DNA of 24,121 nt, from UHGV virus genome UHGV-0333071; one strand, written 5' to 3'. The position numbers and the translations under genes were made by a program. Positions 17,468 to 24,121 of this stretch are shown here, in pieces (within the stretch, counting starts at the first letter, position 1; each line of letters starts with the position of its first letter). Under the pieces are notes generated by a model. It searched no databases and was not told the DNA's origin. It saw only the letters and a program-made list of their open reading frames with translations. This DNA comes from a virus.

Positions 17468-17635
17468 GATATATCCTTTAATGTCATGCGGTTTAGATTC
17501 GGTTGATAATCTACTTTTTTATAAAATCGCCTTCAACCCCAAATTAAGATTCCTCTTAAATCACAAATTTCATTGATCACTATCACATTTTTACGCCCTT
17601 GATTTTAATTCTGTAGTGAAATTAATTTGTAGCTA
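17468..17635 (-). promoter_or_regulatory. Promoter/leader region of the island ATPase gene (candidate -35 TTGAAG / 17-bp spacer / -10 TAGATT on minus strand)
   Basis: 168-bp AT-rich gap between the A stop and the ATPase start; hexamers at plus coordinates 17531-17536 and 17508-17513; RBS at about 17475-17479. Promoter call is by eye only. Confidence 0.3.
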
Positions 17636-20227
17636 TTAATTTCTCAACATCTTCCAGTATTCTCCAATAGGGTCGAAACGAAGTTTTGACGAAGCTACTC
17701 CATGCTCATCACGCAGCCGCTCCCATAATTTATTCACCGTCCGTGACTCGTTGGGTAATTGACGCGTTATCAACTGGCCGCCAGCACTGGCCCGATAAAC
17801 TTTGCCGCTAATCTCCAGACGGCTCCCCATTAACAGCGAAACGGCCTGAATCTCTGAAATCTCAACCAAACACAACGCCGCATCAGCCAGCAGACTGGCA
17901 ACCGCAGGGGCAAGAACTGCCCGCTTGGCTTTTTCAGCCGCCGATCTGGCCTCGGTTTTTTCCACGGCAGAACGCCAGGCGGTATCTAATTCGCTTCCTA
18001 GCTCGTAAGGCGATCCGCTTTTCTGCCTTTTGAATGGTGTTTCACGTAGTCGCCGCATCAATTTGCGCCGCGTTGACTGGTCCATATTTTCAAAATCGAC
18101 GATTTCTTCTTCTGACTCTTCTGTCATACCCTCCACATCAGGCGAAAAATTGGTGATTTTTTCGGCTTCCGTAGAGTTATTGACAGAACTCCAAGCGTCG
18201 CCGGTTGGCGACGGCAAAAGATCAACCCCCAAACCGGGGCCGTTTTGGGCCTCGGTGTTAGCTTTGTATTTGGCGCGGATTTTCCACTTAACCAGACGAG
18301 TGCAAATACGGGAGGCATCACCCAGACGCGGCGACCAGACCCCGAAAACCTTTTCGGGGATCTCACAATAAGCATTCATTTCATCAGCTGGCTGATAGGC
18401 CAGACGGACGACATAGTTTTCACGCGGGATCAAAACACCACCCTGGCGGATGATGTAGGTAGCAAAGCACCCGACATCGGCAGCGGCGCAAACCGCATCC
18501 ATTGCAGGATCCACAAGCAACGGCGCACCGCGCTTGAAGGTATTGTCAATTTTCTGGCGGGTCGTGATCTGATTGCTCAGTTTGCGCAGCTCGCGGTAAA
18601 CCGATATGGGCGGCTGTCCGATGGGCTGAAACTGGCGGATGCGGTGGAGTGACGCCCAGGCCATTGCATATTTGGCTGTTTCATTCAGCGGCTTGCCGCT
18701 TTCGTCGTCCAGTTCACCGGCCAGCGCGTGACCGTCGATATTCTTCGAAATGTATTTGGCGATATACGCCGTTGCTGACCCTTTCCGTGGGTCCATTTTT
18801 TTTGACTTGAAACGAGCACCGGTATTGCGGCCCAGCTCGTCGCGGTCTTCCGCAATGAAGTAGGCGCGAAGGATCGCAACCGTGGCTTTAACCTGCTCTT
18901 GTGGCATAAATAGCAACGCGTGCCAGTGTGGCGTCCCATCGTGATGCGGTTCGGCGACGCGGAAGCCATAAGGGCGCAAATCTTCGCGTTTCAGTTTGGC
19001 GGTTGCCCGGTTCCATACACGGCATAAATAGCGCTGCGCCTGGGCGACGGTGGAATGATTCCATTTGGCGTTATGGTGGCCGGACGCAATATTGCTGTGA
19101 TATTTCGACGGGCAAGTAATGGTCAGGAAGATGCCAACATCGCCGCGACTTTGGGCGACAAGTTCAACCCCAGCCATTCGGGCCATAAGCTCATGGCGAC
19201 GAATAGCCGGGTTAGACGTGGATTTATTAATCATTTCCTCAAGCGACGAAACGTTGCCGTCTTCGTCTACCAGTTCATGACTTTTGAAAAAATCCCGGTT
19301 CTTACGGCGCTGTTCCTGCCACTCGATCAGGCTGGAAGCGCTAACGTAGACGTGCGCTTTTTTATTTACCGCGCCAACAGCACGCAGCTGGTTCTCGCGC
19401 CAGTCACAACGCAAGCGCCAGATTTTGCGCCCCCACCAGTCAGGTGAAGCCATACGCAAAATGGCCGTGCATATGCGCTCGCGTTCCCACGGCGCATACC
19501 ATGCAGGCGGCACAATACGAAGCGCCAGCATTTCGCGGCCCAGGTGGCAATAAAGCCAGTCCAGTTCTTCGACGTTCATGTCGGAAACATTCCGCCCCAG
19601 GGCTTCGCATTCCGTCCCAAGCATTTCAGCCATGCGGCTGGCGATCTCATTAGCGGCGCTTAGTGCCTCCCGCTTTGTGAAATCAGCCAGTCGTTGCCAG
19701 CGCCCGAACCAGTACGCGGCCAGTTCGCCGGTGAGATCAGGCGAAACACCTTGCCTTGTGCGCACAACATCAAGACGCAGCAATGATTTTTTCACGGTCC
19801 CCATAAGAAAATCATTGGTGTGTCTGGCTTCACGGTTGGCCCGTAACCATTCAATTTTTTTGCGCCAGACTTCACGAATGAAGAACGGCTCTGATAATAA
19901 ACGCGCTTCGACACCTTCCGACGTATTGGCCCAGGCTGCCGCCGTAGCTTTGGCGGCTTCCATTTCCTGCCGGATTATATTTTGATGGACGGCCAGTGGC
20001 AGGCCGCACGGTTCGTACCTGTCCAGCGCCTGGATAAGCGCGTTACGGTCGCGAACATCGTCGGGGTTGTAACCGGCGCGTTTGAAGATGTGATCGATGT
20101 GTTTTTTTACGGCAGGATGATGCGCCACCGCCCCGGCAAGCGGGGCGATTTTTTTCGGTTCGTAGGTGTACAGGCCAACAGCTGGGCGCGGCGCGTTCCA
20201 GGACCATGCAAAAGCGGCGTCAGACAT
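17636..20227 (-). CDS. A: Replication initiation endonuclease, P2 gpA family
   Basis: N-terminus ..AFAWSWNAPRPAVG.. resembles P2 gpA (..AYAWNAPREAVG..) as recalled. Preferred start is the ATG at 20227 (GAGG RBS); the ORF track uses GTG at 20248. Confidence 0.85.
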   Translation of the reverse strand: MSDAAFAWSWNAPRPAVGLYTYEPKKIAPLAGAVAHHPAVKKHIDHIFKRAGYNPDDVRDRNALIQALDRYEPCGLPLAVHQNIIRQEMEAAKATAAAWANTSEGVEARLLSEPFFIREVWRKKIEWLRANREARHTNDFLMGTVKKSLLRLDVVRTRQGVSPDLTGELAAYWFGRWQRLADFTKREALSAANEIASRMAEMLGTECEALGRNVSDMNVEELDWLYCHLGREMLALRIVPPAWYAPWERERICTAILRMASPDWWGRKIWRLRCDWRENQLRAVGAVNKKAHVYVSASSLIEWQEQRRKNRDFFKSHELVDEDGNVSSLEEMINKSTSNPAIRRHELMARMAGVELVAQSRGDVGIFLTITCPSKYHSNIASGHHNAKWNHSTVAQAQRYLCRVWNRATAKLKREDLRPYGFRVAEPHHDGTPHWHALLFMPQEQVKATVAILRAYFIAEDRDELGRNTGARFKSKKMDPRKGSATAYIAKYISKNIDGHALAGELDDESGKPLNETAKYAMAWASLHRIRQFQPIGQPPISVYRELRKLSNQITTRQKIDNTFKRGAPLLVDPAMDAVCAAADVGCFATYIIRQGGVLIPRENYVVRLAYQPADEMNAYCEIPEKVFGVWSPRLGDASRICTRLVKWKIRAKYKANTEAQNGPGLGVDLLPSPTGDAWSSVNNSTEAEKITNFSPDVEGMTEESEEEIVDFENMDQSTRRKLMRRLRETPFKRQKSGSPYELGSELDTAWRSAVEKTEARSAAEKAKRAVLAPAVASLLADAALCLVEISEIQAVSLLMGSRLEISGKVYRASAGGQLITRQLPNESRTVNKLWERLRDEHGVASSKLRFDPIGEYWKMLRN

Positions 20228-20241
20228 GGGATGCCTCGCTA

Positions 20242-21246
20242 TTACCACGTTTCCGGGTTATCGGACGGCTCGCAAATATCGCAGTTGCCTCGACAATCAA
20301 ACGACCATCCCTCCTCACATGCGGCGATACCTGGGCAACATTTCGCACAGTGACCACCTTCATAGCGCCCGCAGCCATCACAGACAGGCAGCACGCCGAT
20401 TACTTCACTGGCGGCCCCTCGGGTAATGGCGTTCGCGCTGACAGAACGGTTAACGCTGATTTCCTGGAAGTTGAAAGCGCGATAAATCTCGCGGGTAGCT
20501 GGGGTGTCGCTATTTGACAGGATCACCGGCGAACCAGTAAGGCGGTTAGTATCCAGCAGGGCGGCAGCTAACTGGCGATGCTCTTTAATGCCAAACGGGG
20601 CAGTGTGGTATTGGGTGAAATTAGCGGTGTCGCTTGCTGGCAGGTATGGCGGATCGCAGTAGATAACCGCGTCACTACCAATCATGATTTTTAACGTGCT
20701 CTGGAAATCGCAGCACACGAAAATAGCTTTCGTGTCGTTAGCTTTTTCAGAGAATAAACGGATCTGTTCTTCCGGGAAATAAGGCGGGGTTTTGTGTCGC
20801 CCAAAGGGAACGTTATATCCACCCTGTTGGTTGTAGCGTACTACGCCGTTATATCCGTGACGGTTCAGGTAAAGAAATTGTGCTGCACGAAGAATCTTGC
20901 CCGTGTCCGGTCCGTCCTCAAACACATTGCGCGATGACAGAAGGTCATGGGCGCGAGCGTTGAAATCGTCGCGGATCCACTTATAGCCGTCTTTATCGCC
21001 GTACACTTTAAACAGCGGGCGAGCAGCGTCTATCACCGCATCAGGCCAGCGGGTTATCTGGCGATACAGGTTAATTAAATCTGGGTTGATATCACTCAGG
21101 ATATAACGGCGATATTCAGTATTGAGGAAAACAGAAGCACCGCCGACAAACGGTTCCACCAGGCAATCGGCTTTTGGCAGAATCGGCAGCAAATCAGGCA
21201 TAACGCGGCCTTTACCACCGGGCCATTTAACGAGAGATCGAATCAT
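20242..21246 (-). CDS. dam: DNA adenine methyltransferase (Dam family, GATC-type) with Cys-rich C-terminal extension
   Basis: Near-colinear similarity to E. coli Dam as recalled (..KWPGGKG.., ..CLVEPFVGGASVFLNT.., ..FLYLNRHGYNGVVRYN.., ..VIYCDPPY..). Extra C-terminal tail of about 50 aa with ten cysteines. Confidence 0.85.
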   Translation of the reverse strand: MIRSLVKWPGGKGRVMPDLLPILPKADCLVEPFVGGASVFLNTEYRRYILSDINPDLINLYRQITRWPDAVIDAARPLFKVYGDKDGYKWIRDDFNARAHDLLSSRNVFEDGPDTGKILRAAQFLYLNRHGYNGVVRYNQQGGYNVPFGRHKTPPYFPEEQIRLFSEKANDTKAIFVCCDFQSTLKIMIGSDAVIYCDPPYLPASDTANFTQYHTAPFGIKEHRQLAAALLDTNRLTGSPVILSNSDTPATREIYRAFNFQEISVNRSVSANAITRGAASEVIGVLPVCDGCGRYEGGHCAKCCPGIAACEEGWSFDCRGNCDICEPSDNPETW

Positions 21247-21316
21247 TTTTACTTTCTCCAGGGTGCAAGAAGCCCGACGCGTTAGCGTCTGTTTCTTTTA
21301 TGTGGGTAGTTAGTTA

Positions 21317-21706
21317 TTAATTGACTGCGTTATCTAGCGCGGGTGGTTTGTCGCGTATCGCCTGAATTTCGGCGCGTGGTGCGGCGTAGTCCTCAAATTC
21401 CCACGGCATTGATGCTGCAAATTCGGAAAGGCGCTTAATGCCCATCAAAAGGCACGTTTGCTCCTTTTCGGTTAGATTTTCGTAAGTGCAACCCAACTGT
21501 TTGGCGGTCAGTTTCGGCATTCCGGCTATGTATCTGGACGCATCGTTTGCCAGGATGAAAATCACCTTTTTATAGGCATCATCCAGGCGGTTAAACCGGG
21601 TTGCAGTGTCGTTCACGCGTGAGGCGTTCAAACTTGCTTGCAGTCGCGCCCGTTGCTCTAAGAACTGGCGGCGGCCAGGCTGTTGTCCTGTCTTATCCAT
21701 CAACAT
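21317..21706 (-). CDS. Hypothetical early-operon protein
   Basis: Minus-strand ORF between the small upstream ORF and dam. Preferred start is the ATG at 21706 (GGAGG RBS 5 nt upstream); the track ORF begins at GTG 21712. Confidence 0.5.
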   Translation of the reverse strand: MLMDKTGQQPGRRQFLEQRARLQASLNASRVNDTATRFNRLDDAYKKVIFILANDASRYIAGMPKLTAKQLGCTYENLTEKEQTCLLMGIKRLSEFAASMPWEFEDYAAPRAEIQAIRDKPPALDNAVN

Positions 21707-21721
21707 AACCACCTCCCCGAA

Positions 21722-21943
21722 CTACGCAAAGATGCCCATTAAGCGGGAAAACCAGCGGCGCTTATTACGCGGGCGCGACATAAACGGTACACGGCAGTTT
21801 TTAACAAATTGAACATCTGCCGCTTTAGGCTGGAAGAACCGCCCGTCCGGGGTTTCAATCCAGCCGCGTTGATGCTGACGGTGGGTGATCTGCTGGCCGT
21901 GGGTGAGCAGGCTGGCAAGTGAAGGGCATTGTGTTAAGTCCAT
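21722..21943 (-). CDS. Hypothetical small basic early-operon protein (73 aa)
   Basis: Preferred start is the ATG at 21943 (GGAG RBS 6 nt upstream; MDLTQCPSLASLL...); the longer track ORF from 22015 would run into the opposite-strand gene. Confidence 0.45.
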   Translation of the reverse strand: MDLTQCPSLASLLTHGQQITHRQHQRGWIETPDGRFFQPKAADVQFVKNCRVPFMSRPRNKRRWFSRLMGIFA

Positions 21944-22081
21944 GTTGATCTCCGTCATATTCAAAAAGTGCCGGGATACAACCCCACGCCCGGCGCGTGT
22001 TTCCTGTGATAACATCGCTATGCCTGTGAAACTTTGAGAGGTGAATCAGGCATAACAATCACCAACACAGAAGGAGTTGTA

Positions 22082-22543
22082 ATGAAATTCAATGTTTTTT
22101 TAAAAGTAAACCATGGCGCACACTGGGTTCTCTCCTCCGGCTCACCTATTTTTGAAAGCACTTTATTTGAAACACGGCCAGAGGCTATTAATGACCTTGA
22201 AAAATTTGTAACCGGCATGGAATCACCAACATTTATTGACAATGACAATAGCGATAGCCCCTCCCCAGCAACAGTTATTTTCAAACAGATTGATTCCCGC
22301 TGGCATTGGACATTATTTTTTTCATTCAATGGAGTACGATCTAAAATCGCCGAAAGCTCAGAAAAAGGCTTTGACTCATTAGAACTTGCCAAACAAAAAG
22401 CCAAGATTTTCTGTAATTCCATTGTCGACGCTCCAATTCTTGACCAGTTTGATATTGCCATTCCTGGCCTAGGCTTCACAAAATCCTTTGAACATGCACA
22501 TAACATCGGCGACATTCACCCATCTAGTAAATGGGTAAAGTAA
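22082..22543 (+). CDS. YegP/DUF1508-like tandem-domain protein (unknown function)
   Basis: Only plus-strand gene in the early region; AAGGAG RBS 6 nt before the ATG at 22082; AT-rich. Two roughly 50-aa segments (KFNVFLKVNHGAHWVLSSGSPIFESTLFETRPEAINDLEKF and WHWTLFFSFNGVRSKIAESSEKGFDSLELAKQKAKIF) follow the YegP repeat pattern as recalled. Confidence 0.45.
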   Translation: MKFNVFLKVNHGAHWVLSSGSPIFESTLFETRPEAINDLEKFVTGMESPTFIDNDNSDSPSPATVIFKQIDSRWHWTLFFSFNGVRSKIAESSEKGFDSLELAKQKAKIFCNSIVDAPILDQFDIAIPGLGFTKSFEHAHNIGDIHPSSKWVK

Positions 22544-22547
22544 GCAG

Positions 22548-22895
22548 TCATTGTGGCGTTACAATTTTTCTTGTGCGGGGTGGAACATCTCGCACGGTTT
22601 CATCATCAACAATCAATTCATAAATTTGAATGCTGTTATCAGATTTTGATATTTCATCAAATACCTGAAAAAGAAAACTCATGAATTGCTCATAAGTAAC
22701 AGTAGGATCAATAAACCCTCCCGCAACACATAACAAAGGTGTTAGTCCTGAGTTATTCACTACTGAGATACTATTCAACTGATCAAGACGAAAAAAATAA
22801 TTACCGGCCGGTGTTCTTTTATCATTTATATGAATAAACACATTTGATAATGCTATATGACTATCTGAGAGTTTAAAGATTTTTGCCGTGTCCAT
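22548..22895 (-). CDS. Hypothetical protein (115 aa), AT-rich cargo gene downstream of cox
   Basis: A long ORF in AT-rich DNA is unlikely by chance. Sits 22 nt downstream of the cox stop; tail-to-tail with the YegP-like gene with a 4-nt gap. RBS is weak. Confidence 0.45.
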   Translation of the reverse strand: MDTAKIFKLSDSHIALSNVFIHINDKRTPAGNYFFRLDQLNSISVVNNSGLTPLLCVAGGFIDPTVTYEQFMSFLFQVFDEISKSDNSIQIYELIVDDETVRDVPPRTRKIVTPQ

Positions 22896-22917
22896 TTTAT
22901 TCAGCCCTGTAAGTTGC

Positions 22918-23193
22918 TTATGATGGATTGCCCAGACCCAACCACATTAACCACCCTTCCCTAATTTCCTTCGGGCGGCTCTCATACGCCATTTTCATTC
23001 CGTTGTTCCAGGCTGGGAGGTAGACCCAGTACTCACCTGCCCGCCCGGAAGTTGATTGCGGATCGGTCATCTCAACTACGGGTAGCTTTCCTTTTTCAAT
23101 CATTCCCCTTACTGCTGCCGGTGTTTTGCCGATCAGTTTTGCAAACTCCTGGTACGGGACAGCATCACTAATACTGACAACTTGTTTGCTCAT
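22918..23193 (-). CDS. cox: Cox (excisionase / repressor of the lysogenic promoter)
   Basis: 91 aa, near-identical along its length to P2 Cox as recalled (..AVPYQEFAKLIGK..GKLPVVEMTDPQS..GRAGEYWVYLPAWNNG..ESRPKEIREGWLMWLGLG..). Confidence 0.9.
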   Translation of the reverse strand: MSKQVVSISDAVPYQEFAKLIGKTPAAVRGMIEKGKLPVVEMTDPQSTSGRAGEYWVYLPAWNNGMKMAYESRPKEIREGWLMWLGLGNPS

Positions 23194-23316
23194 CTGCTAA
23201 CCTCGTATCTAGATCTAACCAATGGGTTTCAAAGTTCTTTAATGGGCTTTGATGCACATTGACAACATCTAAAACCACATTAGAGAGTTTCGATAATATT
23301 AGAGGATCTTGATAAC
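23194..23316. promoter_or_regulatory. C/cox switch region: candidate C-operator direct repeats and convergent promoters
   Basis: Direct repeats AATGGGTTTCAAAG (23221-23234) and AATGGGCTTTGATG (23241-23254), 20 bp apart, bracket a candidate early-promoter -10 on the minus strand (about 23236-23241). A perfect TTGACA sits on the plus strand at 23259-23264, and GATAAT at 23292-23297. Confidence 0.45.
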
Positions 23317-23616
23317 ATGTCAACGCCCATAAGCGAAAAACTAGCGTTAGTTCGTGAGTCAGAGCGACTAAACCGGAAGCAATTCGCTGAAATAACAGGA
23401 GTTCCTTACAGTTCTCTAACTTATTATGAGAGCGGAAGAACTACGCCACCCACTGACGTAACGATGAAAATTCTCCAGCACCCCAGATTTAGCAAATACA
23501 CGTTGTGGTTTATGACAGATCAGGTTGCTCCCGAAGCCGGTCAGATAGCACCGGCCCTCGCACACTTTGGGCAAGATGTAACAACATCGCAGCACTCAGA
23601 CCAAAAGATTGGTTAA
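23317..23616 (+). CDS. C: Immunity repressor C
   Basis: 99 aa, closely matching P2 C as recalled (MS..ISEK..L.R.SE.L.R.Q.A..TGVPY..L.YYESGR.TPPTDV.M.ILQ.P.F.KYTLWFMT.Q.APE.GQIAPALAHFGQ..). Confidence 0.9.
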   Translation: MSTPISEKLALVRESERLNRKQFAEITGVPYSSLTYYESGRTTPPTDVTMKILQHPRFSKYTLWFMTDQVAPEAGQIAPALAHFGQDVTTSQHSDQKIG

Positions 23617-23761
23617 CCATTCACCAGGCGCATCTTTATTACAAAATTTGTTTACTTGTTGCCAAATACAACAAGCACAACAAGTTTGTGAAATCTAAGC
23701 GCAAGGGAAAATTAACAGCAGCAAAGAAAACGCAACCTAGCACCATTCATTTGGGGGTCTT

Positions 23762-24121
23762 ATGACAATTAAGAAACTCGATGATGGTCGATATGAAGTG
23801 GACGTCAGACCTGCAGGGCGCAACGGAAAGCGCATCCGCAGGAAGTTCGATAAGAAAAGTGAAGCTATCGCTTTTGAAAAACATACGCAGTACAACCATC
23901 ACAACAAAGATTGGTTGGCTAAACCGACAGATAAGCGGCATCTGTCTGAATTAACAAAAGTCTGGTGGGATCTGAAAGGTAAGCATGAAGAACACGGAAA
24001 ATCCAATTTGGGTAAGATTGAAATCTTTACCCGGATCACTGATGACCCTTGCGCGTTCCAGATAACCAAAGCGCTTATTAGCCAGTACAGCATGACTCGC
24101 AGAGGGCAAGGCATAAAACCG
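23762..24121 (+). CDS. int: Integrase (tyrosine recombinase), N-terminal 120 aa; 3' end beyond the window
   Basis: Translation from ATG 23762 gives MTIKKLDDGRYEVDVRPAGRNGKRIRRKFDKKSEAIAFEKHTQYNHHNKDWLAKPTDKR..., matching the P2 Int N-terminus as recalled. Absent from the ORF track because it has no stop in the window. Confidence 0.9.
   Translation, partial: MTIKKLDDGRYEVDVRPAGRNGKRIRRKFDKKSEAIAFEKHTQYNHHNKDWLAKPTDKRHLSELTKVWWDLKGKHEEHGKSNLGKIEIFTRITDDPCAFQITKALISQYSMTRRGQGIKP

Larger units (their letters stand above)
1..24121. mobile_element. P2-like temperate prophage (partial; both ends lie outside the window)
   Basis: Contiguous P2-type gene set: int, C, cox, A, Q, P, O, N, M, L, Ogr-like, tail and lysis genes. 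int starts at 23762 and is cut by the window edge, so att should lie about 0.7 kb beyond the right edge. Confidence 0.9.

Noticed and set aside
17560-17635. Weak inverted repeat (AAATTTCA ... TGAAATT) just downstream of the A stop, as a possible terminator
   Set aside because: AT-only stem, long loop, no clear U-tract; not convincing as an intrinsic terminator.
23505-23765. 86-aa plus-strand ORF overlapping the C 3' end and the C-int spacer
   Set aside because: Out of frame with C and running into the int start; the real gene here is int from 23762, which the ORF track misses for lack of a stop.
1-24121. CRISPR arrays, tRNA/rRNA genes, IS elements
   Set aside because: No short direct repeats with regular spacers, no tRNA-like cloverleaf candidates noticed, and no transposase-like ORFs or terminal inverted repeats; the window is densely filled with phage genes.

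Overview
The window is almost entirely one P2-like (Peduovirus-type) temperate prophage of an enterobacterial host, with the integrase gene running off the right edge and the tail/baseplate operon running off the left edge. Right to left it contains: int (partial), C repressor, the C/cox switch region, cox, an AT-rich cargo pair (YegP/DUF1508-like protein convergent with an unknown 115-aa ORF), two small early ORFs, a Dam-type adenine methyltransferase with an unusual Cys-rich C-terminal tail, replication initiator A, an AT-rich single-gene island, an Ogr/Delta zinc-finger late activator, portal Q and large terminase P (+ strand), and then the long minus-strand late operon (scaffold O, capsid N, small terminase M, head completion L, R-like, S-like, sheath, tube, a complete lysis cassette, frameshifted tail chaperone, tape measure, W-like, J-like, I-like). 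The AT-rich island holds a 762-aa ABC ATPase with a CxxC zinc hook and a C-terminal nuclease-like domain (RloC-like), sitting where P2 carries tin/old; this is the best candidate for an anti-phage defence system here. All calls come from reading the sequence and the ORF track plus recalled protein families; no database search was run. No rRNA, tRNA, CRISPR array or IS element was recognised.
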